Source: Eledone cirrhosa
Taxonomy: Eukaryota
DNA length: 64,000 nt
NCBI GenBank assembly: GCA_964016885.1
Contig: OZ024754.1
Coordinates: 38,378,001 to 38,442,000 of the forward strand
Reading direction: 5' to 3'
The translations under genes were made by a program, and so were the position numbers. The notes beneath the pieces were generated by a model, which had not been told where the DNA came from, searched no databases, and saw only the letters and a program-made list of their open reading frames with translations. Each line of letters begins with the position of its first letter. The first letter of the stretch is position 1. Shown piece after piece: positions 11,681-23,689 of this stretch.

Positions 11681-12639
11681 ATTCGCCATTCCCATTCACA
11701 TACAAGGACCATAAATTTGTGATTTGTACAGTCAACATACAAGAGACCTATAGGGAGTACTGGAGTCAATATCACTGACTATAATCGGCCTCAAAATTTA
11801 TAGTATTTTGCCTATGTTAGAGATCATTTTGATAGTGGTACTTAGCATTACCAAATGAGTATGATGAAAGTCAGTCTAATGGATGTGGCTTAAATAATTA
11901 AGTATATCTTCATCATCATCATCATCATCATCATCATCGTTTAACGTCCATCTTCCACGCTTGCATAGATATCAATTAAGTTAACCAAGTTCCCACAACT
12001 GGTGCAGCAAGTTGTCGGGGTGCCACTCTAGACATTTTACTCAGTGTCCATCATGGTATTTCAATGGGTCTTAAAAATGATTGACAGTACCCAACACCCC
12101 AACAACTGGTGCAACCATTCATTGGAGTGCTACTCTAGATGTTTGACTGTGTGTCCCTCTTGGTATTTCAGTGGACCTTAGAAATGTTTGGCAGTGCCCA
12201 TTTCTTTGCCAAGACTCCAGTCCTTCACTAAGTTTAGTCTGTCAGTAGAAATTGTTACTGGGGTATGGCTGAAAAATGTCTCAGAAGCAAATGTGTGAGT
12301 CAGGTGAGAATCAGTGTACCTGTCCATCCCTAAGGATGCTGCTGCCAAACATTAAGGTAGTCTCTCTACTTGAACACCTTGGTTTTAAAATAATTTCTCA
12401 TTAAATCTTGGATAACGGTATGTCCAGTATTGCAATAAGATTTCTTCAAATCCCTTCACTCTATTTCCAAAGGCTATAAGGCTATCATTGAAATACAATA
12501 GACAAATAATAACACCATATACTGACACCTCCATTGTCACCAGACTCCATGTTTATCTAGGATAATATCTATACACTGTAGCTATCTTGTAAATATCTAT
12601 ACCCATTGTTTTTCTGTTAATTTAATAGTATATATGCAC

Positions 12640-13035
12640 TATCATGTCAACATTTATTTACTGTGTCTATCTAGTCAACATCTACACAGTCTTTCTCTTC
12701 AGTTAATATGTATTTATTGTTTATTGTCAACATTTGTTTACTGTGTCTATCTAGTCAACATTTATTCACTGTGACTATCTAGTCAACATAAACACACAGT
12801 CTTTCTCTTCAGTCACTATATACCTAGTGTGTTTATTCTGTCAACATTTATTCACTATGTCTAACTAGTCAACATAAACACTGTCTTTCTCTTTAGTTAA
12901 TATGTATTTACTGTTTATTGTCAACATTTGTTTACTGTGACTATCTAGTCAACATTTATTCACTGTGACTATCTAGTAACATAAACACTTGTGTATTTTA
13001 ATCAGTAAACATCTACACACTATTTATATTCAGTC
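12640..13035. repeat. Degenerate tandem repeat (core GTCAACATTTATT.ACTGTG.CTATCTA)
   Basis: Repeated core visible about ten times. Confidence 0.8.
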
Positions 13036-13131
13036 AATCTACTATATACGCTGTATCTATTTAACTAATTATCAACACATAATTTTCTTAACTGATTTCA
13101 TATGTTTTTCTTTGTCTCTTCTATTGTTTAG

Positions 13132-13181
13132 TGAAAGATTACGCCCTAAGAACATAGAAGAAGAAGAGGAATCTGATTTTG
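13132..13181 (+). CDS. IFT43: IFT43 internal exon (ERLRPKNIEEEEESDF)
   Basis: Polypyrimidine tract plus TTTAG acceptor, G|GTAAGT donor; corresponds to the RLRP..SD region of vertebrate IFT43; phase joins the next exon. Confidence 0.8.
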
Positions 13182-13266
13182 GTAAGTAACCATTGGTTCA
13201 ACATGTAAGTTTATTTTGGGAACAGACTGAGTGTGGATGGAGAAAGCAAAGTCATTATTAGATGAA

Positions 13267-13810
13267 TGGTATGAGATGGTCTGAATGGTATGAGAGATAT
13301 TGTCACACTGGTATGAGATGGTCTGTAGTATGAGAGAGATATTGTCACACTGGTATGAGATGGTCTGTAGTATGAGAGAGATATTGTCACACTGGTATGA
13401 GATGGTCTGTAGTATGAGAGAGATAGCCACAATGGTATGAGATGGTCTGTAGTATGAGAGAGATATTGTCACACTGGTATGAGATGGTCTGTAGTATGAG
13501 AGAGATATTGTCACACTGGTATGAGATGGTCTGTAGTATGAGAGAGATAGCCACAATGGTATGAGATGGTCTGTAGTATGAGAGAGATAGCCACAATGGT
13601 ATGAGATGGTCTGTAGTATGAGAGAGATAGCCACAATGGTATGAGATGGTCTGTAGTATGAGAGAGATATTGTCACCCTGGTATGAGATGGTCTGTAGTA
13701 TGAGAGAGATATTGTCACACTGGTATGAGATGGTCTGTAGTATGAGAGAGATATTGTCACACTGGTATGAGATGGTCTGAATGGTATGAGAAAGATAGGC
13801 ACACTGGTAT
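13267..13810 (+). repeat. 42-bp minisatellite (GGTATGAGATGGTCTGTAGTATGAGAGAGATATTGTCACACT)
   Basis: About 12 units; 14-aa periodic ORFs. Confidence 0.95.
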
Positions 13811-13847
13811 TGAAGAGATATCCATTTAGACTACTTGTGTAGTTAAC

Positions 13848-14072
13848 TCTCTCATACCATTATGGCTATCTCTCTCATACCATTCAAACGATCTCATACC
13901 ATTATGGCTATCTCTCTCATACCATTCAAACCATCTCATACCATTATGGCTATCACTCTCATACCATTCAAACCATCTCATACCATTATGGCTTCCTCTC
14001 TCATACCATTCAAACCATCTCATACCATTATGGCTATCACTCCCGTACCAGTGTGACAATATATCTCTCGTA
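13848..14072 (-). repeat. Inverted array of the same 42-bp minisatellite family
   Basis: Unit CTCATACCATTATGGCTATCTCTCTCATACCATTCAAACCAT is close to the reverse complement of the upstream unit variant. Confidence 0.9.
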
Positions 14073-14173
14073 CCCCAACCTTCCCAACGGAACAACATCC
14101 AACCTACACCAATTACTGGTATGCTATTTCACTGCTCATTACATATACTTGTGTCTTTTTTTACATTCTACAG

Positions 14174-14246
14174 ATGTAGCTGCCATTCCAGAGCTAGAAG
14201 ATCAACCAGATGAAGATCTCATCCCACAGATTGCTGATGCTCCAAT
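14174..14246 (+). CDS. IFT43: IFT43 exon (DVAAIPELEDQPDEDLIPQIADAP)
   Basis: CTACAG acceptor, GTATGT donor; matches recalled human [24 protein letters not shown]. Confidence 0.92.
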
Positions 14247-14509
14247 GTATGTCATCTACTGCATCTTACTCCATATATACACACACACACATATATATAT
14301 ATATATTTCCTTCTGTTGTTTACTTGTCTCACTCGCTTTACGCGTTTCACTTGTCCCAATAGCTTATTTTAGTTATTGCTCGCACCAACCTGAGGTATCT
14401 GATTTTTAATGCGATGAAATACCTATGATGGTTGGCAAATCACTGATGAGGGACTAATTTTATAATATGTAATCCATGTGCAACCATGCAGTATTCTTCT
14501 CCCCTTGTT

Positions 14510-14540
<31 letters not shown>

Positions 14541-14541
<1 letters not shown>

Positions 14542-14972
14542 CATCATCATCATCATCATCATCGTTTAATGTCCATCTTCCACTCTAGCATGGGTTTAGA
14601 TGGGCATTGTCCCACTTAGTCAAGATTGGTTGTCCTGCTCATATAGGACTGTCTGGCAGGCTTTCTACGACTGGATGCCCTTCCTAACACCAACCACGTT
14701 TACAGTGTGGAACTGGGAGGTTTTTACCGTGTTACCTACACGGCCACATTACAGCGTGGACTGTGTGTTTTTTTGTCGTGACACCTACATGACCTCATTT
14801 ATTTAGGACTGGATGTTGTGGTACCAACATAACTTTACAGTGAAGGAGGTGGGGTAGTGGGACGGGGTTGTATTTTTGGTTAAGAGGTGCCTGCTGACTG
14901 TATGTTCCGCTTTGTACTTAGGCAAGGCAGGTCTTCTGTATTACTGCGTAGCGCCAAAGATCTCGATCCAGT
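14541..14972 (-). mobile_element. RTE LINE 3' fragment (second subfamily) with (GAT)n tail
   Basis: Minus strand reads DRDLWRYAVIQKT*, then the UTR with TGGTGTTAGGAAGGGCATCCAG. Confidence 0.8.
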
Positions 14973-15443
14973 GACATATAATATCACTCTGATCGATCAA
15001 CAAGATCCCAGACCTCATTCGCTTGCCGAGTGTAGTGGACCTCGTCAAATCGGACCAAGGAAACAATGTTTGCATTGGTCTTTCCATTAAAAAGGAACTA
15101 TTCCAGTGTCCGATGTGACTTGCTATACCATGCTGGTCAGCTCCTGTGTGTCTTTTCAAGTCCTCTAAGACAGGTGGGAAGAAGTTATCCTCAAACCAGA
15201 GATCTGACCTGACCTCAAATCTTACAACAGTGAACTCCACCAAGGATATACGAGGGCCATCTGATGGGGGGGGGGGGGGGATTAAGTCTGCCACTCATAA
15301 TTGTGCAGTGAATTGGAAGAGCCAAAAGAGTATAGGACAACATTTCTTGTATTTGTTCCAGCTCTCTGAGTTCTGAGTTCAAATCTTACCAAGGTCAACT
15401 ATACCCTTCATACATTTGAGGTCAAAAGAAAATAGTGAAGTGA

Positions 15444-15765
15444 AGGCGCATGGCTTAGTGGTTAGAGTATTGGACTTGCAATTGAGAGGTTGTGAATTTG
15501 ACTCTTGGACCAGGTGAAGCGTTGTGTCCTTGAGCAAGACACTTTATTTCATGTTGCTCCAGGTTACTCAGCTGTAAAAATAAGTTGCGACGTCAGTGGT
15601 GCCAAGCCTTTCCCTTGGACAACATCGGTGGCGTGGAGAGGGGAGACTGGTATGCATGGGCGACTACTGGTCTTCCACAAAAAACAAACCTTACCCAGGC
15701 TTGTGCCTTGTGGAGAAACTTTCTAGGTGTAAAACCATGGTCATTCGTGACTGAGTGGGGCCTTA
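15444..15765 (+). mobile_element. SINE with tRNA-like head and CORE-like domain, inserted in a family A SINE remnant
   Basis: GGCGCATGGCTTAGTGGTTAGAG head; TGTGTCCTTGAGCAAGACACTT core. Confidence 0.75.
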
Positions 15766-16329
15766 AAAAAAATAATAAAGTACCAATCCAGAGTAGTGGA
15801 TTGACAGAATTATGTATTGAATCATATTTGTTCCAGCTCTCTGTGCTTTGAGTTCCAAGTGTGCTGAGGCCTTCTTAGGTGGTAGACTTAATACCTTATC
15901 CAGTTTAACACCACCACCTGGCTTTTGGCTATCTTTAATGGAGTCAGCTTTGTTTGCAAGGAATCAAGCCATCCCTCTGGTTGAGGACACTTTCCTCCTT
16001 TCTTCCTCAACAGTCTCAGAGACTGTGACAAGACTTGTGATCACTGCCCTTCCCTCCATGGTTGAACAGTAAAAAAATCCAATGCAGTGAAACCTTAACC
16101 TGAAGGGTGGATTTCTCTCTCTTCTGTATCACCTGACCAATGTATCAATGTCCATCTTCTCCTCACTCTTAGCCTACATATAACCAAAATTTAAGGTTTC
16201 TTCACCATTTCATGGTGTTCTAACTTCTTCCTTGTGAAATGTATATAATTGATAGAAGGTCACTTTGAATGAGGAGAGGGTCATTCTGAAGTGAATTTAG
16301 TTAAAATAGGGGTTAACAAATACAAAGAA

Positions 16330-16361
<32 letters not shown>

Positions 16362-17208
16362 TGACCAAGAATTACTACAGTTTAGAGATAGTTGAGACAA
16401 ATTGGGAAAGAGAGAGGGAAGGAGAAAGAATGTATGTATATGATGGACAGACGTGTATATAAGAGAATATACAGATATTTGTGAGTGAGAGTGTATATGT
16501 AAAGAGAATGTGTGTTTATGTGGAAAAGAATGTATACGTACATATGTTAATGTGTGTGTGTGAATGTGTGTTAATGTGAGTGTTTATGTATGTATGGATC
16601 AGAAAAAAATGCTTGTATGCGTGCATATATATATGAATGAGAGAGAAAGGAAGAATGTTTGTAGGTGTGTATAAGAGTTAGAATGTGTGTGAATGTATGT
16701 TAGTGAAAGGAAGTGAGTATACATGTATGTGAGAAAGAAAGAGAGAGAGATATTGTGAGGAAGTATATGTGTGTTTATGAATAAGAGGAGAGAGAATATG
16801 TGTATGTATGTATGTGTATGTGTGTGCGCTAAAGGTAGCATGATTGTGTGAAAATACAAGTGAGTGTGTGTGTGTGTGTTTGCCAGGATGTATCTATTAA
16901 AGAGAAAGATAGAAAGAACGTTTGCACATGTGTTAATAACCCTACTGCTCCCCACCACCACCATCACTGTGGCTGTAAGCCAAGCTGGATGTCTTCGGCT
17001 GAAGATAGCATGAAATTCTGGAATTCAGCCGTTATACAAATCTCCCCTGCATCGCAATTCATAATAATTGTTTGTAACTATCATTGAGGAATTCCTTTTA
17101 CCTATGGCGCTGCACATAGAAATAGTATCAGTTTCCTGAGCAGTCGTTCCACCTTGGAATTTGATTAGCTCCAGTGAGATCTGTAATACTAGTTGGACTA
17201 TTCAGTTT

Positions 17209-17427
17209 TTAACCCTTTTGTTATCATAATTCTAATGAACGATACTACCTACAGTCTTGAAAATAATCAAGAATTTGTAGAGATTTAGAAGTATAAACTA
17301 ACTTCCTCGTTATTAGTTGATGTTTGGAACATAACTTAACGAATGTTCTTTCTTGAAATTACGATTGAAGATGTTTAGATAAATATAAAACCCTTTAAAA
17401 TAAACAGTCCTGTATAAAAAGGGTTAA
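17209..17427. mobile_element. piggyBac-like MITE (TTAA-CCCTTT...AAAGGG-TTAA)
   Basis: Short TIRs bounded by TTAA. Confidence 0.55.
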
Positions 17428-18515
17428 AACTGGTGTTTTGTTTCCTTTACGTGTATTTTTATTTTAGTTCAGTTGATGTTGTTGTTTTTGTTTAGTCCCC
17501 ACCTCCAGACAAATGACCAAAGAGGCATTCCTGTTGGGACCCTCCCATCCTTTTAGGGTTATGTAAAATTATATAATCTAATGAGTCCCTTTCTATATTT
17601 AAAAGAATAGGGTACTATTTAGTTCTTTTGATACCAAAACTGTTTGAAACCAGCTGCGATTCTGTAAAATAAAACCACTCATTTTTAAAGGATTCTGATT
17701 TAAATTTAACATAATGCCATATAAAAAGCATATTCTAAGTTACTATTTTAGGTAATGAAATGATTAATAATTCGAAAAATATTCCTGAAAATTGTTCATT
17801 AATTAATTGAAATAGAGCATATTTCCTTAGAAATACAGCTATAAAAGAGTTAAGGAAGATTTGGCTGTTATTTCTAGCAAATCAATGTAGCACATAAATG
17901 TTTTCCATCCCTGTCCTAGTATTGTGGGTTTTACAAGGGAAGGTTGTTAACACATCTAACTAATTTTCCTTCTCTTAAAGTATGTTATCTCTTCCTATGG
18001 AGAGAGTAACAAAACATTCAACTTTACATCTGATCAAAGGTGTGCCAACCATGACCATCCTGTCTTTTATATCTAGGACTTCTACATCCATTGTATTCTT
18101 TTATTTTTAAGTCAATGGGGTTGTGGTTTAAGAGAATTTGGCTGCTATTTCTAGCCAGCAAGCAATTGCATAGGGGCTACCACATTGTCTTGATGAATAT
18201 TACTGAGTAGTTAAACTGGTACCCTGTTAACTTCATCATACAAATAATCTTGTATGTATGGAACCATAAAGGGCCGTAGTGACATAGAGTGTTTCTTGGG
18301 AACCAATTACCTCTCTAGGTCTGAACACATCTGATTTCTTCCAGAGAAGGAGAGAGGGAGTGATAGAGAGGAAGTGAGAAGATGATATAGAGGAAGAGTT
18401 GACCCCTAGTGGACATATTGTTGTGAAACTTTGCAGTATTAAAGTAAAGACTTCAATTTGTAATGTGATGCAGTTACAATGCTGTTTTGTACTTTTCTTG
18501 GCTATCTTGATAATT

Positions 18516-18696
18516 GTTTCTACGTTTGGCACAAGGCCAGCAATTACTCAGTCCATTACTGGTACTTTATTTTATCGACCCCGTAAGGATGAAAGGTAAA
18601 GTTAACCTCGGCGGGATTTGAACTCAGATCAGAAAGGGGTGTAACTCTGTGCTGCAAAGCATGTTGTCCGACCCTCTACCGATACTGCCAAACCAC
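18516..18696 (-). mobile_element. SINE family A with TGATAAT target-site duplication
   Basis: Full-length reverse copy; the empty site is visible in the adjacent tandem duplicate at ~18845-18872. Confidence 0.9.
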
Positions 18697-18968
18697 TGAT
18701 AATGTGGTTTCATGTGGTTTGTTAATTCAAATGTTTATAGTGTCTTTACTAATAGACAGATCATAGTGAAAGCTTGCTGTATTAAAGTAAAGACTTGAAT
18801 TTGTAGTGTCATGCAGTTATAGTGCTGTTTTATACTTTTCAACACGATCTTGATAATGTGGTTTCATGTGGTATAGTCTGCTGAAAGTTCAACCACTCAG
18901 TTTTACAAGAATATCTTGATAATGTGACTTGGTAGAGGATGTTAAGAGTTAAACCACTCTATTTTCAG

Positions 18969-19041
18969 GGTTCAAATCAGTAAAGTGTTGACTTACCGAG
19001 AATTGGACAATGACCTGAAGCAAGCTGTATTTCCCACACTG
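18969..19041 (+). CDS. IFT43: IFT43 exon (VQISKVLTYRELDNDLKQAVFPTL)
   Basis: TTTTCAG acceptor, G|GTAAGT donor; matches IQIKRVMTYRDLDNDL of IFT43. Confidence 0.95.
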
Positions 19042-19281
19042 GTAAGTAGAGAATTAATAACTTCTTACATACATTCATGTACAACTATGACCTACTGATA
19101 GCCTTATGGATATCAATCAAGATGTTGATTGATATCCTAACTGGATATTTTCCTGGATATCTTCATTGATGATTGAGGCAGAGCATATTTGATATAATGG
19201 TGGCTGGTTTCATTGATATCATATGTCTCTTTCATTTTTCATTTATGTCACTAATAAACAGGAGAGGCACTAATGAATATA

Positions 19282-19499
19282 TTTAAATGGTAAAAGGGAA
19301 AGAAAGCTTGACATATTGGGATGTAGCCCTTCTTCAGTAGTATAAAAAATAGAAACCAGGATTACAAAGGATAGTCACAGAAAATAAAAGGTAGTCAGTA
19401 GTAAAAAAATTAATTTAATAGATATTGTAAAGAATTGTTTTAAGGAAAGAATCAACTCACTTCAATCAAATCTGATTCTGGTAACAAGCATCGGGTTAA
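19282..19499 (-). pseudogene. Inverted partial duplicate of IFT43 exon 20337-20399 plus donor and downstream intron
   Basis: Reverse complement aligns to 20361-20567 (LTRCLLPESDLIE|GTGAGT versus LTRCLLPEAELIE|GTGAGT). Confidence 0.93.
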
Positions 19500-19904
19500 T
19501 ACACACGCATCCCCTACCCCCCCCCATACGCACACGCACCCTCCATACACACGCACCCCCTCCATACACACGCCCCCATACATACACACAAACACACCCC
19601 TCCATACACACGCACACACCCCCTCCATACACACGCCCCCCCATACATACACACAAACACACCCCTCCATACACACACACGCCCCTCCACACACGCACAC
19701 ATGTATATCATGACTCATATGCTGTTCATTTTCCTGACATTTGTACATTATTCTATGTACTATACATGCACCTTTGGTGAGTTGTAGTGCACCTGAGCAC
19801 TGTACATAATAATTTCACTATTATTATTTTTTATTCTAAATTTCCCTTTCTTTATCAAACTAAGGCCATGTTCCTACTATCAACATCATCGCCATTAATA
19901 TTAG

Positions 19905-20040
19905 GGTGGGAGATTGGCAGTATCAGTAAAGCATTGGACAACATGCTTTGCGGTATATAGTTATGTCCCTTTACATTCTGAGTTCAAATCCCGCCGAAGT
20001 TAGCTTTGCCTTTCATCCTTACAGGGTCGATATAATAAAG
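19905..20040 (+). mobile_element. SINE family A, 3'-truncated
   Basis: Head, B-box and Nin/Deu-like domain. Confidence 0.85.
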
Positions 20041-20336
20041 TATAGTACATAGAATGATGTACAAATATCAGCAAAGTGAACAGTGTACGAGTCATGATAT
20101 ACATATTTTATTATACCCAGAACTCCATTTGTCGCTGGTAGCAGTTGAGCAGAGCTTTTTACCTTCATCATCACCACCATTTAACGACCATCTTTTCTGC
20201 AATAATATAAATAAAACCAGCCATCTATTTAAATTAGCTTTTCACTTTGTCGACAGAAACCATCAATTTCATTTTTCTCATCATCATCATCATCTCTACT
20301 ATCACAATTATCATAATTGCAATTATTATTTTTCAG

Positions 20337-20399
20337 GATAATGAAGTGGATTTGAAGGTTTTAACCCGATGCTTGTTACCAGAAGCAGAGTTGATTGAA
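20337..20399 (+). CDS. IFT43: IFT43 exon (DNEVDLKVLTRCLLPEAELIE), 63 nt, phase 0-0
   Basis: TTTTCAG acceptor, GTGAGT donor; matches [21 protein letters not shown]. Confidence 0.95.
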
Positions 20400-20464
20400 G
20401 TGAGTTGATTCTTTCCTTAAAACAATTCTTTACAGTATCTATTAAATTCATTTTTTTTACTACT

Positions 20465-20620
20465 GACTACCTTTTATTTTCTGTGTCTATCCTTTGTAAT
20501 CCTGGTCTCTACTGAAGAAGGGCTAAAGCCCAATATGTCGAACTTTCTTTCCCCTTTTCTGTTTAAAGCATAAAACTAATAAGACTTTTTGTTTCTCTGT
20601 TTTGTCGTTTCCTAGAACCA
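20465..20620 (+). mobile_element. PLE-like terminal fragment with decayed hammerhead (CTGAAGA-AGGGCTAAAGCCC-aatatGTC, 20512-20539)
   Basis: Homologous copy at 43651-43806 with different decay; the inferred consensus CTGAAGAAGGGCTAAAGCCCGAAACGTC fits a minimal hammerhead; ends in (TA)n. Confidence 0.6.
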
Positions 20621-20648
20621 TATATATATATATATATATATACATATA

Positions 20649-20875
20649 TATTAAAATAACAGATTAAAGTTTAAGCAAAGAATCTCTGCTTTCACCCTTA
20701 ACGGGATCTTCTGAAACTGTTTCAGAAGATCCCGTTAAGGGTGAAAGCAGCAATTCTTTGCTTAAACTTTAATCTGTTATTTTAATAAATATTTGCCCTG
20801 GGGTTCTTATATATTTGATATATATTTATCCTTATCGAGCCCTCTTTGGATTTTAGTCTTCACATTTATTATTAT

Positions 20876-20878
<3 letters not shown>
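20649..20878 (+). mobile_element. (TA)n-embedded fold-back element, near-perfect palindrome 20649-20787
   Basis: ~69-bp arms around T20718; a single-arm copy is at 39658-39730. Confidence 0.75.
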
Positions 20879-20911
<33 letters not shown>

Positions 20912-20918
<7 letters not shown>

Positions 20919-21112
20919 TAAACGGAATAGAAAATGCTGACAAATTGTTCACAGTTGAAAAATGGTTTAATTAGGAATAAAAGAGTATTAGTGATTGTAT
21001 GGGTTAGTATTCAGTTGTGGTTTTAAGTTTTTAAGTTTTTACCGGTTGCGCATTTCTAAATGCTTTTCAAAAATAATTTTGAGATAGAGTGTCCGTGCTG
21101 TTTGCTCTGATC
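20912..21112. mobile_element. (TA)n-embedded dispersed repeat (reverse copy at 43371-43560)
   Basis: TTGGTAAACGGAATAGAAAATGCTGACAAATTGTTCACAG shared between the two loci. Confidence 0.7.
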
Positions 21113-21520
21113 TATATATATATATATAATGTATATATGTATGTATATATATGTGTATACATTTAACTATGACTGTTTTAAGCTGTGATTATATCACAGT
21201 TTAAAGCATTCATAGCAAGACTTACATATGTTGATATGTTTATTATATATAAACGTATCATATATGCCTTCATAATATTGCTGTTATGAAGTACACTATG
21301 TTAGTGCTGCTGCCAATTTTAAGTATTAATGTATCTTTCGGTTTTTTTTAAAGCAATATTATGATTTAAGAGAATTTTGGCTGCTATTTCCAGCAAGTTG
21401 AGTGGTCACATAGTTTCCTTCATTGGTTCATTTTTGTCTTTATTGTAGGACTTAGTATCCAAATATTTTGGTCTTAAAACATGAACAAAATCCTAAAATG
21501 CTGGGAATTATCAACTAACT

Positions 21521-21665
21521 ATTTTTCCAGCCTGTGGCATTTGAAATGTTTGGTGGAGCTGGGCCGTTGACAGCGAAGTTCTTGTCATAGTTAGCTCACC
21601 TTACTGAGGTGTCAGGTGATGCCTGTGAGGGTGCCTGGTTATTTCAGCACCTTAGCCTGGCTTGC
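21521..21665 (+). mobile_element. CRE-like (RLE-type) LINE 3' fragment
   Basis: FQPVAFEMFGGAGP..KFL...GDACEGAWLFQHLSLA resembles the RLE C-terminus. Confidence 0.65.
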
Positions 21666-21933
21666 CTAAAAAATTTTCCAATGACCCTTGTGATGTGTGA
21701 TTGATTGAACATAATGTTGAATTGATGGGTTTTTTTCCTCTCGCTTTGATTATATATTTTTATATATATATATATATACACTTATATATATATATACATA
21801 TACATATGTACGTGGGTTATATAGAATATTAATAATAATGTTCAATTCGTTTGTAAACAAACGGCCCAATTTGAAGCTGTGCAATGCCAGTGACCAACCG
21901 TCATCTGTTTGTTCAAAATTGGCTTTAAGGAAG

Positions 21934-21972
21934 AACCAATATGTTTCTGGGTCATTACCCTTCATCAGGACT
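21934..21972 (-). ncRNA. Decayed minimal hammerhead motif
   Basis: Minus: AGTC-CTGATGA-AGGGTAATGACCCA-GAAACATATT-GGTT; weak stem I and non-canonical triplet. Confidence 0.4.
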
Positions 21973-22735
21973 GTATAACTCTGCCAGTCTGTTGAACGGT
22001 TGAAAATATATAGTATTTTCTTAAGTACACATCAGCTGAGAAGCCTCATTTGCATACCAGGCAAGTTACGGCTAGCCTTGCCGAATATTAAAAGTAAAAT
22101 TTTAATTTTATTTATATATATATATAATTAATTGATTCCATGTATTTACTTCTATTTAATCTTATATATTTGTAATGCTATTTGTACAATTGTAAATAAA
22201 AAAGCTTCTACAGTTTTGCTCGACTTGCTAGAAATAAAAACTAAATCTCCTCCTCTTAAAAATTAAGGAAGAGCTTGGAATTGGATAATGTAGTCTTAGA
22301 TACAGTGCTTGATAAAACAAAACAGGATGATCATGGCTAAAATACCTTTGAACATATGTTTGCTTGATCATTACTGACCTAGAGTTAAACAACAACAACA
22401 ACAACAACTTTATAAGCTCAGGAAGGAAGGAATAGATATAGTTTTTCAACTAGCTTGAATAACTTACATTGGCTATGGTTACTAACTCTGTACAAAGTTG
22501 ATATTGAGGGCAGTATGAAGGAGAGAATAAACCACTCTCATTGACTATGGTTACTGCCTTTGCACAAAGTTAATATTGATGGTAGAACAGAAGTATGAAG
22601 TATGAAGGAGAGAAAGAGAGATAGAAGTGAGTGGAAGAAAGAATGAAGTAGAGAAGGAAAGAAACAAGTAATGTGAGACTGAACATAGTGAATGATATCT
22701 CTTTTTTTTTTTCTTTTTTTTTTTTACAACTGCAG

Positions 22736-22831
22736 GAAGATAAACCATGGAACTGGGAACATCTCTTCACTGAGGTTTCTTCTGAAATTGCCAACATAAA
22801 AGATAAAAACTCTCTTTCAGCAGATTACTGA
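22736..22831 (+). CDS. IFT43: IFT43 terminal coding exon (EDKPWNWEHLFTEVSSEIANIKDKNSLSADY*)
   Basis: Long poly-T plus TGCAG acceptor; WxWxHLFTEVSSE hallmark of the IFT43 C-terminus; TGA at 22829-22831. Confidence 0.96.
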   Translation, partial: EDKPWNWEHLFTEVSSEIANIKDKNSLSADY

Positions 22832-23586
22832 GCTGTTTTAGTGACTCTGCCCTGAACTCTCTTCTACATTTCAATAGGATTATCAATGTTTTTTTCATTG
22901 CCAAACTGCTTCTGTAAGAATTTTGGAAGGAAGTAGATATTTTTTTTTCTTTTTTTGAATGGAATAGGTCCAATCTATGCTAACATGGAAAAATGAATGT
23001 TAGATGATGATGATGATGATTGTCAAGAATATATTTCATTAAAAGTATATTTGAAATGCTTACATGATTGTGTGTGTGAGGATGTGTGTATGTATTGTGT
23101 TTGTAAGTACAGAAATATTTGCATGTATACGAGTATATAAAGTATTTCAGATATAAGAATGTATATATATAAATGTACATGTGTATATGTGTGAGGATGA
23201 ATATAATTGCATGAATATAAAGTGTAAACCATTTCCTCATTAAATCAGTCAGTTTTTACTCAGTATCATTGTTTGTTGGATTTTTATATATATATATTTT
23301 GTTTTTTTCAATGTTGTTTTATTGTATATAAATAATTATTGGCATGGAGGAGTAGTTAAGGGGTTTGTTTTATAACCATTTGGTTCTGGCTGGGTTCAGT
23401 CATGCTGCATGACACCTTGGACAAGTGTCTTTCTTCTACCTTGGGTTGACCATTGACTGCACTCAATGAATCAAAAGTTAAAAACAAACATTAAGTCCAG
23501 AGTTAAACACCGTAGTTATAAAATGTGACACCAAGACCGAAGGCACAAACTATTCATACAACAAAATAACGATATATACAAAAAGG

Positions 23587-23663
<77 letters not shown>

Positions 23664-23689
23664 CGTGTGTATATGTATATATGTATATA

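Noticed and set aside
14941-15294. 117-aa minus-strand ORF
   Set aside because: No recognisable domain; overlaps an RTE end and unclassified sequence
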